Virus record (IMG/VR): IMGVR_UViG_3300021376_000028
Location: 21,678 to 85,677 of that record
Length of the DNA stretch: 64,000 bases
Direction: 5' to 3' (one strand)
Source of the DNA: a virus
Below the pieces are notes generated by a model that saw only the letters and a program-made list of their open reading frames with translations, made no database searches and was not told where the DNA came from. How positions within the stretch are numbered: the first letter of the stretch is position 1; each line of letters starts with the position of its first letter. The translations under genes were made by a program, and so were the position numbers. Shown here piece by piece: positions 1 through 7,974 of this stretch.

Positions 1-24
1 ATATACGGTTTCTCTCACTTCATC

Positions 25-64
25 AGCTGGCGTGCAGGTCGGCTTACTGACTTAAACGCCAACT
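25..64. repeat. Palindrome P1 (degenerate member of the TGGYGTTYAA-N14-TTRAACRCCA family)
   Basis: agctggcgtgcaggtcgg-ctta-ctgacttaaacgccaact; TGGCGT..ACGCCA spans 34 bp. Confidence 0.7.
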
Positions 65-113
65 CATACAGACAGGCCAGACTCTTATATTTAATATACA
101 CTTTCTCCCTGTA

Positions 114-153
114 AGCTGGTGTGTACGAGCTTTAGCGAAGTTAAACACCAGCT
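114..153. repeat. Palindrome P2
   Basis: agctggtgt...acaccagct perfect 9-bp arms; 34-bp core span. Confidence 0.85.
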
Positions 154-156
154 TTG

Positions 157-215
157 TTAGGTTCACCTAATAAAAAAAAGAGTGCGTTTTTGTGACGGTG
201 TGCTATTGTAAGGGC
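157..215 (+). promoter_or_regulatory. Cassette-1 promoter: TTAGG-N4-CCTAA dyad, A-tract, extended -10 (TGTGc TATTGT); leaderless start
   Basis: TATTGT at 204-209, 6 nt before ATG 216; block nearly identical to 802-861. Confidence 0.75.
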
Positions 216-599
216 ATGGCAAACAAGCCGGAGCCGACCGCTAAGGCGGAGGACAACAACAACAACCACAGCAAGCCGAGGAAGATCAACCTCTCCGAAC
301 TGAAAGGCACGGTGTCCCCACGGGGGCGCAAGCCCTACACGGACGAGGCGTTGGTCCAGTACCTCACGGAGATGGTGCAGGACGGAGAGGGCTTCGGACT
401 GGACGCTCCCTACGAGGTCACCGACGACATGCGCAAGGGCACCCCACGGGGCGTGAAGGCGCAGAACCGCGAGCGTGCCAAGTGGCGCAACCGCATCGTG
501 TCGGTGTGGACCTCCACGCTCGGCAGGGACAAGGGCGAGATCACCGTCGGGTGGACCTCGGAGCACGAGGTCACCGTCTCCCTCAGGAACAAGGCGTAG
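216..599 (+). CDS. GC-rich cassette protein 1, basic, RGRK motif, putative DNA-binding
   Basis: Strong GC3 bias; paralog of 862-1209 (KINLSxLKG, RGRK, EGFG, AKWRNRIVS, WTxxHE); start moved to ATG 216. Confidence 0.85.
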   Translation: MANKPEPTAKAEDNNNNHSKPRKINLSELKGTVSPRGRKPYTDEALVQYLTEMVQDGEGFGLDAPYEVTDDMRKGTPRGVKAQNRERAKWRNRIVSVWTSTLGRDKGEITVGWTSEHEVTVSLRNKA

Positions 600-609
600 A
601 AAGGCGCTG

Positions 610-656
610 AAAAACCGCAAGGTTTTTACCCTCCCCTTCGGGGGAGGTTTTTTTTT
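610..656 (+). terminator. GNRA hairpin plus UUCG hairpin with U-tract (intrinsic terminator)
   Basis: aaaaacc-gcaa-ggttttt, then cctcccc-ttcg-ggggagg-ttttttttt. Confidence 0.9.
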
Positions 657-667
657 GTCCAAAATCG

Positions 668-703
668 TTGGCGTTCAAGATGCTGAAGCATCTTGAACGC
701 CAA
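668..703. repeat. Palindrome P3 (17-bp perfect arms)
   Basis: ttggcgttcaagatgct-ga-agcatcttgaacgccaa; identical to 1277-1312. Confidence 0.95.
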
Positions 704-759
704 TCCGTACAAGGCAACGCTCTCTTCCCTTGAATACATTTTCCTAACTTACTTGAGAA

Positions 760-797
760 GCTGGTGTTCAATAGCTTTAGCTAAATTGAACACCAGC
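760..797. repeat. Palindrome P4 (13-bp perfect arms)
   Basis: gctggtgttcaat...attgaacaccagc. Confidence 0.9.
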
Positions 798-801
798 GAT
801 G

Positions 802-861
802 TTAGGCTGACCTAATAAGAAAATGAGTGCGTTTTCGTGCCGGTGTGCTATTGTAGGAGTC
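802..861 (+). promoter_or_regulatory. Cassette-2 promoter, extended -10, leaderless start
   Basis: TGTGc TATTGT (849-854), 7 nt before ATG 862; repeats the 157-215 block. Confidence 0.75.
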
Positions 862-1209
862 ATGGCAACCAATGCCGGTGACCGCAATAGCGGAACCAAC
901 CCAAAGAAAATCAACCTGTCCGACCTGAAAGGTAAGACTTCCCAACGGGGGCGCAAGCGGTACGCAAACGCCACCCTCACGGAATACCTGAGGGAAATGG
1001 TGAGCACACGGGAAGGCTTCGGTGTTCCCGAACTCTTGACCGTGACTCCCAAGACAACGGAGAAGCAAATCCAGACCCAAAAAGCAAAGTGGCGCAACCG
1101 CATTGTGTCATTGTTTGAGGAACTGAACTTCCCGGGACACCGCATCAGTATTTCGTGGACGGACGCTCACGAAATGGTCGTGGAAATGGTTGAGACCACC
1201 GAAGGCTGA
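862..1209 (+). CDS. Cassette protein 2, paralog of 216-599
   Basis: Shared motifs with protein 1; about 54% GC in sampled lines; start moved to ATG 862. Confidence 0.85.
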   Translation: MATNAGDRNSGTNPKKINLSDLKGKTSQRGRKRYANATLTEYLREMVSTREGFGVPELLTVTPKTTEKQIQTQKAKWRNRIVSLFEELNFPGHRISISWTDAHEMVVEMVETTEG

Positions 1210-1220
1210 GGAACCTTCAT

Positions 1221-1265
1221 AAAAAACGAAAGTTTTTTGACTCCGCTTCGGCGGAGTTTTTTTTT
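1221..1265 (+). terminator. GNRA hairpin plus UUCG hairpin with U-tract
   Basis: aaaaaac-gaaa-gtttttt; actccgc-ttcg-gcggagt-tttttttt; compensatory changes relative to 610-656. Confidence 0.9.
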
Positions 1266-1276
1266 GTCCAAAATCG

Positions 1277-1312
1277 TTGGCGTTCAAGATGCTGAAGCAT
1301 CTTGAACGCCAA
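1277..1312. repeat. Palindrome P5
   Basis: Identical to P3, inside a shared block of about 55 bp. Confidence 0.95.
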
Positions 1313-1390
1313 TACTTTTATCCTTATATTCATACTAATTGAGTATACTTACTTGGCAAGGTTAGACCCTCCTTATATATTCTCTTTTTT

Positions 1391-1436
1391 TAATTGGTGG
1401 TCGTTTAAGAAATGCATTTCTTAAACACACCAATTA
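1391..1436. repeat. Palindrome P6 (variant)
   Basis: taattggtg-gtc-gtttaagaaatgcatttcttaaac-a-caccaatta; 24-bp perfect core. Confidence 0.75.
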
Positions 1437-1861
1437 AATTAAATTTATTCTTTCCATTATGTTTAGTATTTTCTAATCGCATAGTCATCGCGTTGTCCTT
1501 TCAATTGCATTTCCTAATTGATTTGCGGGTGCCAATGGCTCACCAGTTCCCTTGGTAAATTCCCTCCTAATAGCCTGGGTGAATAGGTCACTCAAACCCC
1601 CCCTCAATTTACTCAACAAGAATAAAATTCATGGATCTGGATATAGATAGGGTTAGGAGCATAGGAATAGTCTCTTCATATAGCCGCCTTCCCCAAATTC
1701 ATATTAAAAATCGGGTTAAAAGCCCTCTATTCAACCTATATAAGAGGTATAAGAATAAACTTAATGGAAAATAGGCAAAATTTTTTTGTTTTTAATTAAA
1801 AGTTGACTATTTTAATCAACTTTTATTAAGTTTTAGAATAAAATTAACCGCTTTTTGGCAC

Positions 1862-1910
1862 AAAAAAAAGCCTTAAAAATAAGATTTCTCTTACTTCTAA
1901 GGCTTTCTTT
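1862..1910 (-). terminator. Intrinsic terminator ending the leftward accessory transcription
   Basis: Minus strand agccttagaagtaaga-gaaa-tcttatttttaaggct followed by a T-run. Confidence 0.8.
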
Positions 1911-2044
1911 GCTTAATTACAATGGATTCGGGGGTACACCATAGTAATTAATAAATATTGACGCAAATTGTCGTGCGTGTCGTCTCTTTATAATACTTTT
2001 GAAGCATATATCTTTTAAATATTTGCTTCTTGTTTTAGGGCTTC

Positions 2045-2206
2045 CTAAGACTCCTGGAGATCTTCCTCTATATCTCTAAAGAACTCTTCATTAGCCCAAT
2101 CCCATTTTTCTTTTTCCCGCTCATACCAAACAACATAACAACCCCAGCACATTGGGTTTGCCATATCTGATATATCACAGCATAAATCTTGCTTATTATC
2201 TATCAT
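2045..2206 (-). CDS. Small Cys-containing hypothetical protein (53 aa, not in ORF track)
   Basis: MIDNKQDLCCDISDMANPMCWGCYVVW...; ATGA overlap with the upstream gene. Confidence 0.55.
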   Translation of the reverse strand: MIDNKQDLCCDISDMANPMCWGCYVVWYEREKEKWDWANEEFFRDIEEDLQES

Positions 2207-2409
2207 TCCTTGTCTTCCTTTAAATAAGGGAATTCGTATTCAAAATTGTCAATCACTTGGCGGATTACATCCAATTCCATTTCCAGCCATGTAACATCAT
2301 TTTGATCCATATAGGGAATGTCCTGAGAGATCTTATTATAATAGTATTTTAAAGCGGCCACCGTATATTTGACCTCTTTGCCACTATAAAAAGTAACGCT
2401 CCCGCTCAT
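2203..2409 (-). CDS. Hypothetical protein
   Basis: ORF in operon; GAGGA RBS before MSGSV. Confidence 0.65.
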   Translation of the reverse strand: MSGSVTFYSGKEVKYTVAALKYYYNKISQDIPYMDQNDVTWLEMELDVIRQVIDNFEYEFPYLKEDKE

Positions 2410-2538
2410 AATTTCCTCTTTTTTTCTATTATTCACAGTCATGCCCGTATTGATATTCCTCTAAGGGAATATCCTTATTACACTCAGGGCAAGTAACAAG
2501 CCAACCAATATTCTCTAGAATTTCTTCTTCCTCATCCA

Positions 2539-2913
2539 TCACGTAAGCCTGTAACTTCTATCTTTTGAATAGTTTCCATCACCGTCAAATACCATCATAG
2601 CAAGATACTTTTCCCATTCCTCTGGAAAATAGGAATCATGAAGGAATTGCAAATCCCCAAGCATTTTAAAAGAAGTAGGACCCATGTCCCACTCAGGATT
2701 ACTCTTCTGGATAGCTTCTACAATGTAATCTCTATCATAAGGCTCCCCCTCAAAAAATGCCCTGTAATTATTATCGTGTATAAGAACACCTACGGCACAC
2801 TTTTTATTTTTGCTACCGCGATAACCGCACCCCCATTCATCATTCAGGCACTTTTCATTCTGCTGCAAGAGGTGATCTTTCACAATTTTAAAGATGTCTT
2901 GATCGTTCATCAT
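2539..2913 (-). CDS. Hypothetical protein, paralog family A (CxYRG...KCAxGxLI...SNPxW...LQxxHD)
   Basis: Motifs shared with 5859-6449 and 18843-19253. Confidence 0.8.
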   Translation of the reverse strand: MMNDQDIFKIVKDHLLQQNEKCLNDEWGCGYRGSKNKKCAVGVLIHDNNYRAFFEGEPYDRDYIVEAIQKSNPEWDMGPTSFKMLGDLQFLHDSYFPEEWEKYLAMMVFDGDGNYSKDRSYRLT

Positions 2914-3037
2914 GTTTTCTTTCCGTGTACACAAGTGTACACATTTGATATATTGTACTTAGGATAATTGGTATTAAATATTAGGTTTATTTTACAAGCC
3001 ACCAAGCTTGTAAATCTTAATTTCTTTTTTAAATAAC

Positions 3038-3298
3038 TTATAAAATTGGATAACCAGTGTTGTCATGGCAAGTATCAATATCGTTAAAGTTAATCTTTTT
3101 AACCAAGATTGCACCATCATCGTCCTTTATGTCAGAAATAAAAAGTTGTAAGGTATCAATAAAATCATCAAGATCACCCTCACGGAATGTACCGTTTGTT
3201 ATGGCAAAATCATGCAATTTTTGGTCATTTGCAAAACAAGCCAAACCGACAATGATAGTCCCAATATTTTGTTTACTTAAAAAAATGTTGTCAATCAT
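3038..3298 (-). CDS. Hypothetical protein
   Basis: ORF in the minus-strand operon. Confidence 0.65.
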   Translation of the reverse strand: MIDNIFLSKQNIGTIIVGLACFANDQKLHDFAITNGTFREGDLDDFIDTLQLFISDIKDDDGAILVKKINFNDIDTCHDNTGYPIL

Positions 3299-3512
3299 TA
3301 ATTACTCCAAGTCTTGATGCTTTTTCGTATAAAAAATTGTATTTATTTCTAAAGTGTGTGATCTTTGCGCTAAAAAGATTGCGCTCTTCTTCGCTCAAAA
3401 GATTTATTGATTCCTCCAGGGTACTGTCTAGTTGTTTAAGACTAGCTTGAAAAAGCTTAAGTTGTTGTCTTGCCTCTGTTTTTAAATTTTCTTGAGCATC
3501 ACCCTTCTCCAT
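3291..3512 (-). CDS. Hypothetical coiled-coil protein
   Basis: Start at MEKGDAQ, overlapping the upstream gene end. Confidence 0.6.
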   Translation of the reverse strand: MEKGDAQENLKTEARQQLKLFQASLKQLDSTLEESINLLSEEERNLFSAKITHFRNKYNFLYEKASRLGVIND

Positions 3513-3768
3513 CAGCAAGCATTCCTTCCTCAAGAGGAGTAATACTGATAGCGTTTCCCGTTTTGGTAATTCCAAACAAAGAGCCTGGACCATTACCCTC
3601 AGGATCACAAGAAGCATAAACTTTGCTACCATCACTAAATTCTAATACTGCTGTATTATTCCAACGAATATCATCCCAGCCTTCGTTTAGTGCTTCTTCT
3701 TCTGAAAGCCATCTCACATTCGTACACTTAAGGCCAACTGGATGCGCTACCTTTTTACTTTTCATCAT
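3499..3768 (-). CDS. Conserved-looking phage hypothetical protein (DPEGNGPG motif)
   Basis: ORF with a recognisable phage motif. Confidence 0.7.
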   Translation of the reverse strand: MMKSKKVAHPVGLKCTNVRWLSEEEALNEGWDDIRWNNTAVLEFSDGSKVYASCDPEGNGPGSLFGITKTGNAISITPLEEGMLADGEG

Positions 3769-3942
3769 ATTTTACTCAATTCTTAAATGTTTCTTCAAAT
3801 TTATTTATTAAAACTTCTATTGTATTTCTTGCATTATCATTCTTAGACAACCAATAATCTAACAATTGGTCGTCAAGTATAAGATTATGCAACCCAGACA
3901 ATAAAATCTTGACTTCTTCTTTGTTTAAATCAACAACACTTC

Positions 3943-4155
3943 TCACAGAGATTCCTTTGGAATACAGCGCCTAGTGCAGTATCCCAAATTATTTTCTTCG
4001 TAAAAGATACCGCGAATAAAACTTTTGTTACACATTGCACAAACAAAAGGATTCGCCCCCTTAGACCCATAAAATAAAGCTGCCTTACCAAGCAACTTTG
4101 GTCCTTTATCCCTATTTTGTCCAGCAATGGGTTTTGCTGGCTTCTTACTAGCCAT
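3943..4155 (-). CDS. Small zinc-finger protein
   Basis: CAMC...CTRRC. Confidence 0.65.
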   Translation of the reverse strand: MASKKPAKPIAGQNRDKGPKLLGKAALFYGSKGANPFVCAMCNKSFIRGIFYEENNLGYCTRRCIPKESL

Positions 4156-4636
4156 TTATTTCCTCTTTCTTTTTAATTGATAGCAATGACTCTTCAAATT
4201 CATTAGAAAACTGCTTATGAAATTTTCCAAGATTTGCTGGGGTCAAGTGCTTTAGGTCTTCTATATTTTTCCAACTACGGATCATTGAATTTATCCAGTC
4301 TGTCTTTTTACGCTCGGAAGCGTTTGTTGTAAGACCAAGATGTTGCATAACAACTTCAGGTGTCAAATACACATAAACCAAATCTGAATCTTTCACTTTG
4401 TAATAAAGATAAGTGTTTTCAAACTTTTCTAAAATCTTCCAACGAGCATAAAAATCTGCTGCAGTAGAAAACTTAATATTACCAATACAAACAGCCATAC
4501 TGCCGAATACTAAAGATTTAGTTATAGCATTTAAATCTGAGTATTCTTCGGGTGTATCTTGATTGTAGATTGTGAACAATTCGTTGGGGTTATCGTTAAA
4601 ATATTTAACCCTTTCGGCATTCCAAACTAGCGGCAT
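4148..4636 (-). CDS. Hypothetical protein
   Basis: 162-aa ORF with RBS. Confidence 0.75.
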   Translation of the reverse strand: MPLVWNAERVKYFNDNPNELFTIYNQDTPEEYSDLNAITKSLVFGSMAVCIGNIKFSTAADFYARWKILEKFENTYLYYKVKDSDLVYVYLTPEVVMQHLGLTTNASERKKTDWINSMIRSWKNIEDLKHLTPANLGKFHKQFSNEFEESLLSIKKKEEING

Positions 4637-4658
4637 TGATTTTCCTTTCTATTTTTAA

Positions 4659-4862
4659 TTATTCCTTGGGTTCTTCATAAAGGATATTATCAGAACGATA
4701 CATTCTTTCAGCTGCGTCCATAACAGGCTTGTAATAATACCAAATTTCTTCGTCTCCATTTGCAACACTCGGAGGAATAAGACCTTCCTCGTACAAATCA
4801 TCATATGCCATTTGTAGATAAAGCATTTGTGTTGCCTCGTCAGCATCGTCAAAGCGATTCAT
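4659..4862 (-). CDS. Acidic hypothetical protein
   Basis: ORF with RBS. Confidence 0.65.
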   Translation of the reverse strand: MNRFDDADEATQMLYLQMAYDDLYEEGLIPPSVANGDEEIWYYYKPVMDAAERMYRSDNILYEEPKE

Positions 4863-4871
4863 ATTGTTTCC

Positions 4872-5228
4872 TTACAGTTTTAATTTTTCTTTATATTGTA
4901 AAATAAGTTGTATCAAAGTATTTGGAACAGAAGTATCATAACCCTCTTCATCAACATCACCAATAAAAACCACATCACCGGCAATATAATCCCCAAGAAG
5001 AATTTTTTCCCCTGAGTCATACCACAAAGCTGTTGCAATTTTATTTTCTGGCAAATCGATTAATTTACCCTCATCATTTATATATGCAACAAATCGGAGA
5101 TTTCCAAAACGCACAACATCAAAGAATCCACCTACTGCTTCATTCATTTCCTGTGAAGTCCAAGTGCTTGTTATTTCTTCAATATCACCGCTTGCTGATA
5201 CAGTGATTGCTTTTTTATTTATTAACAT
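4872..5228 (-). CDS. DUF3846-like protein
   Basis: VGG..INDEGKLIDLPENKIAT..IAGDVVF motif. Confidence 0.8.
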   Translation of the reverse strand: MLINKKAITVSASGDIEEITSTWTSQEMNEAVGGFFDVVRFGNLRFVAYINDEGKLIDLPENKIATALWYDSGEKILLGDYIAGDVVFIGDVDEEGYDTSVPNTLIQLILQYKEKLKL

Positions 5229-5234
5229 AGTTAA

Positions 5235-5699
5235 TTAGTACAACCCGTACTCTTCTCTTTCTTCTTCTGTGACTATAGTAACAGTGCTATTGCTTCCCAT
5301 TGGAGCATCATGATGACTAAGAGAATAAGTGATTCTATCTTCTTCAATAAATCCCCGCATTATCCACTCGCTTTTGACACTCATTCCCCTGATCAAATCA
5401 ATAGGTTTGCGTGCATGAACAAAACCACTATGATTTCCATCCCATAAACGCAAATTAGAGATTTTCCAAAAACCTGTCTCGTTTTTGTCAAAAAGTTGAG
5501 AAGTAATATCAGTAAAAGCAAATATTGCTTCTTCCCAGCAACCAAAACAATCTTCTGAAGGAACAGATTCGTCTGTTTCTTCATCAAATGTAGTACATGT
5601 ACATACATTTGTAATCTCAAATGGAACTATTACGCTAAACATTGACATATCTAATAATCTTTCTTTTCTAATCGTCTTGAATTGTTCTATGATGCCCAT
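5235..5699 (-). CDS. Hypothetical protein (CTC..CFGC, HHDAPMG)
   Basis: ORF; true start may be downstream. Confidence 0.7.
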   Translation of the reverse strand: MGIIEQFKTIRKERLLDMSMFSVIVPFEITNVCTCTTFDEETDESVPSEDCFGCWEEAIFAFTDITSQLFDKNETGFWKISNLRLWDGNHSGFVHARKPIDLIRGMSVKSEWIMRGFIEEDRITYSLSHHDAPMGSNSTVTIVTEEEREEYGLY

Positions 5700-5853
5700 T
5701 AATGGGAATTAAAGATGCAACTTCACCAGTACCAAGAATGTCTGAAAATTTCTTATTGCCGAGAGCTGCTTCGTAAACTTGATCTATAGCATCAGTTACA
5801 TCTTTTCCAATAACAAAATAAGTTGCTGTAACTATTATGCTAAACTTTGGCAT
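5668..5853 (-). CDS. Hypothetical protein
   Basis: ORF in operon. Confidence 0.55.
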   Translation of the reverse strand: MPKFSIIVTATYFVIGKDVTDAIDQVYEAALGNKKFSDILGTGEVASLIPINGHHRTIQDD

Positions 5854-5858
5854 ATATG

Positions 5859-6449
5859 TTACTCTTTCCTTTCTAAAGTTTCATCTATTAATTCATTCAA
5901 AGTTTCATCATGGGCTACGACGAATGAACCATTATCATCAAATCTATCTTGCAGTGCAGCAAATTTCATTGGCCAATCTTCAACCTGATAGGTATCGTGA
6001 ACAAGTTGCATTAACCTAAGAAACATTAAAGAGTTTCTACTAATTTTCCAATTAGGATTTGATTTCTGAATTACCTCAATAATTTCAACACTACCAACAC
6101 TTTCTCCTTCTATTTCCTGGGTATAGTGAGTAGAATCAATAAGATGACCAATTGCACATTTCAAATTATAAGGAACGCTAAGGCACAAATCTCTGTAAAT
6201 ATCAGAGATTACTGCGTATTTTTCTTCCTCATCTGAATAAAAATGATCTTTTTCACATTGTTTCTCAGCTTCGTTATAACAATTTTCAAACACAGAATTG
6301 TTTCCACCTCTGTATCTGCATTCGCCATTTTCATCTGTTGACCTTGCGGCTTGCTCAGTCAAAGATTTAACTATGTGTTGATACGCATCTTTATCTGTTT
6401 CGATATGGTAATCTTTCATGTTTTCCTTATAAGAATCTGTGCTTGACAT
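5859..6449 (-). CDS. Family A paralog with an insertion of about 45 aa
   Basis: CRYRG ... KCAIGHLI ... SNPNW ... MQLVHD. Confidence 0.8.
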   Translation of the reverse strand: MSSTDSYKENMKDYHIETDKDAYQHIVKSLTEQAARSTDENGECRYRGGNNSVFENCYNEAEKQCEKDHFYSDEEEKYAVISDIYRDLCLSVPYNLKCAIGHLIDSTHYTQEIEGESVGSVEIIEVIQKSNPNWKISRNSLMFLRLMQLVHDTYQVEDWPMKFAALQDRFDDNGSFVVAHDETLNELIDETLERKE

Positions 6450-7072
6450 TATTCCTCGTCCGAAGCCTCATGTATTCTATTTAAAACAATTTCTCCGTTA
6501 ACAATTCTTCTCAATACATCTGCTACAACTTTGGGATGAATTGACCAAGTTGCGTTCAAAGTTGAATTAAAATTCAAACCATACTCAAGTTTAACCCGAT
6601 CCCAAACGGAACGATCTGTACAATAGAATAAATCCTGTGCTTCTGCTTCAGCCAAACCAAGATAATCTTTAGCCCAATTTCTCATCCAGCCAGAGTTAAT
6701 AATTGAATTAAGTTCTCCTAAATCATCAGCCAATGGTGCTTCTGCATAATAGTAACCATTCCATTTTGTGCGAGGCTCAACAATTTTATCTGTTGATTGT
6801 GAAAAATATGCATCAAGCACAGCCCAACCTGCAAGGCAAGCAGTTGTGCCACAATTCAATTTTTCTAAATTAGCGTCACAAATTTCGTCTAAAGTATCAG
6901 CCAATGATGCTTCTGCATAAATTTGATCAGCATTGATTGGAAATTCTTCTTGAAGTTCATATGTTTCGTCTTCTTCAAGAACTCTTCCAAACCAAGCACC
7001 CATGTGAAAATTTTCTGGGCTTGCGTTTTCAATTCTATTTGCTAATTGCAGCATTCTTTCTTTATTCATCAT
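6449..7072 (-). CDS. Hypothetical protein, paralog family B (FHMGxWFGR, CxTTACxAGWAV)
   Basis: Paralog of 18189-18764. Confidence 0.8.
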   Translation of the reverse strand: MMNKERMLQLANRIENASPENFHMGAWFGRVLEEDETYELQEEFPINADQIYAEASLADTLDEICDANLEKLNCGTTACLAGWAVLDAYFSQSTDKIVEPRTKWNGYYYAEAPLADDLGELNSIINSGWMRNWAKDYLGLAEAEAQDLFYCTDRSVWDRVKLEYGLNFNSTLNATWSIHPKVVADVLRRIVNGEIVLNRIHEASDEE

Positions 7073-7243
7073 TATCCTCAATTTCTTCAATATCTGTGCT
7101 TCTACCGGACCATTGAACTATTTTCATTATCAATGCCCAGTCTTCATTATCTATTTCTTCTTGTCTAAGAATTTGTGCTATCCAATCCATTGCTCCTTTG
7201 TCGTCTAAATTATCTGTACGATGAAACATTGCCATATGATTTC

Positions 7244-7651
7244 CTATATCTGTCTTGTATCAAAAGTATTTGATAAGGAAAAATTTAAGGTGAATGTATA
7301 TAAACTGTCATCAATTGGTTTTTGACATTGAGTTATATTCAACCACCAACCTTTGTCTTGAACAGTAATTTGCGTACTATCAGGAAGATCTGCAATCACC
7401 TTTTTTAATTCTCCAACAGTGATTGTTGGACTATATCTAGTTATTCCACATATCCATTTTTCATAAAGATTGTTTTTCCATGTTAAAAACTCTTCAAACC
7501 ATTCATCATAGCTTATACCAAAAGGATATTTTTCAGATGTATCTAAGTTAGAATCAAAATCTAATTCTTCATAAGTTTTTAAAAGTTGCGATAAAGGATT
7601 TGTTAAATCCTCAACACATTGATAAAACTTTTTTTGTTTCTCTGTTGTCAT
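7244..7651 (-). CDS. Hypothetical protein
   Basis: ORF; C-terminal TVGELKKVIADLP motif. Confidence 0.7.
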   Translation of the reverse strand: MTTEKQKKFYQCVEDLTNPLSQLLKTYEELDFDSNLDTSEKYPFGISYDEWFEEFLTWKNNLYEKWICGITRYSPTITVGELKKVIADLPDSTQITVQDKGWWLNITQCQKPIDDSLYTFTLNFSLSNTFDTRQI

Positions 7652-7669
7652 TTTTTCTCTTTCTGAAAT

Positions 7670-7957
7670 TTATTCAGTTGTGATTATTCCTGTCAGTTCG
7701 CTTAGCTTTTCAGTCCAATACCTACGAAATCCGTCAGGTACCGATTTGCTATAAAAACTTTGAGATGTAATATTGAAAAATGCGGTTAGCAATTTATTAT
7801 AATTTATTTCATTCCATTCATATTGCTGAATCATTTCTACTGTTTGTTTAACCTGCTTCTCTCCATTTAGAAAAACACGATAGTCGTCGCTTTGATGATA
7901 TTGCCAGTCTGTTTTGTTAATTATTATTGCTAACTCTATAATTTCTTCATTATTCAT
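7670..7957 (-). CDS. Hypothetical protein (DWxYxxSDD motif)
   Basis: AGGAG RBS before MNNEE. Confidence 0.7.
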   Translation of the reverse strand: MNNEEIIELAIIINKTDWQYHQSDDYRVFLNGEKQVKQTVEMIQQYEWNEINYNKLLTAFFNITSQSFYSKSVPDGFRRYWTEKLSELTGIITTE

Positions 7958-7974
7958 TTGCTCTCCTTGTTTAG

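Noticed and set aside
114-797. Integron attC cassettes
   Set aside because: Arms do not match the RYYYAAC/GTTRRRY layout, genes have their own promoters and terminators, and no integrase is in view.
141-1145. Minus-strand ORFs 141-662, 777-1145 and 802-1080
   Set aside because: Antisense shadows of GC-rich genes; promoter, terminator and paralogy all support the plus strand.
25-1436. CRISPR array reading of the 36-40 bp palindromes
   Set aside because: Repeats differ from each other, are palindromic end to end, occur in pairs separated by whole genes, and no cas operon is present.
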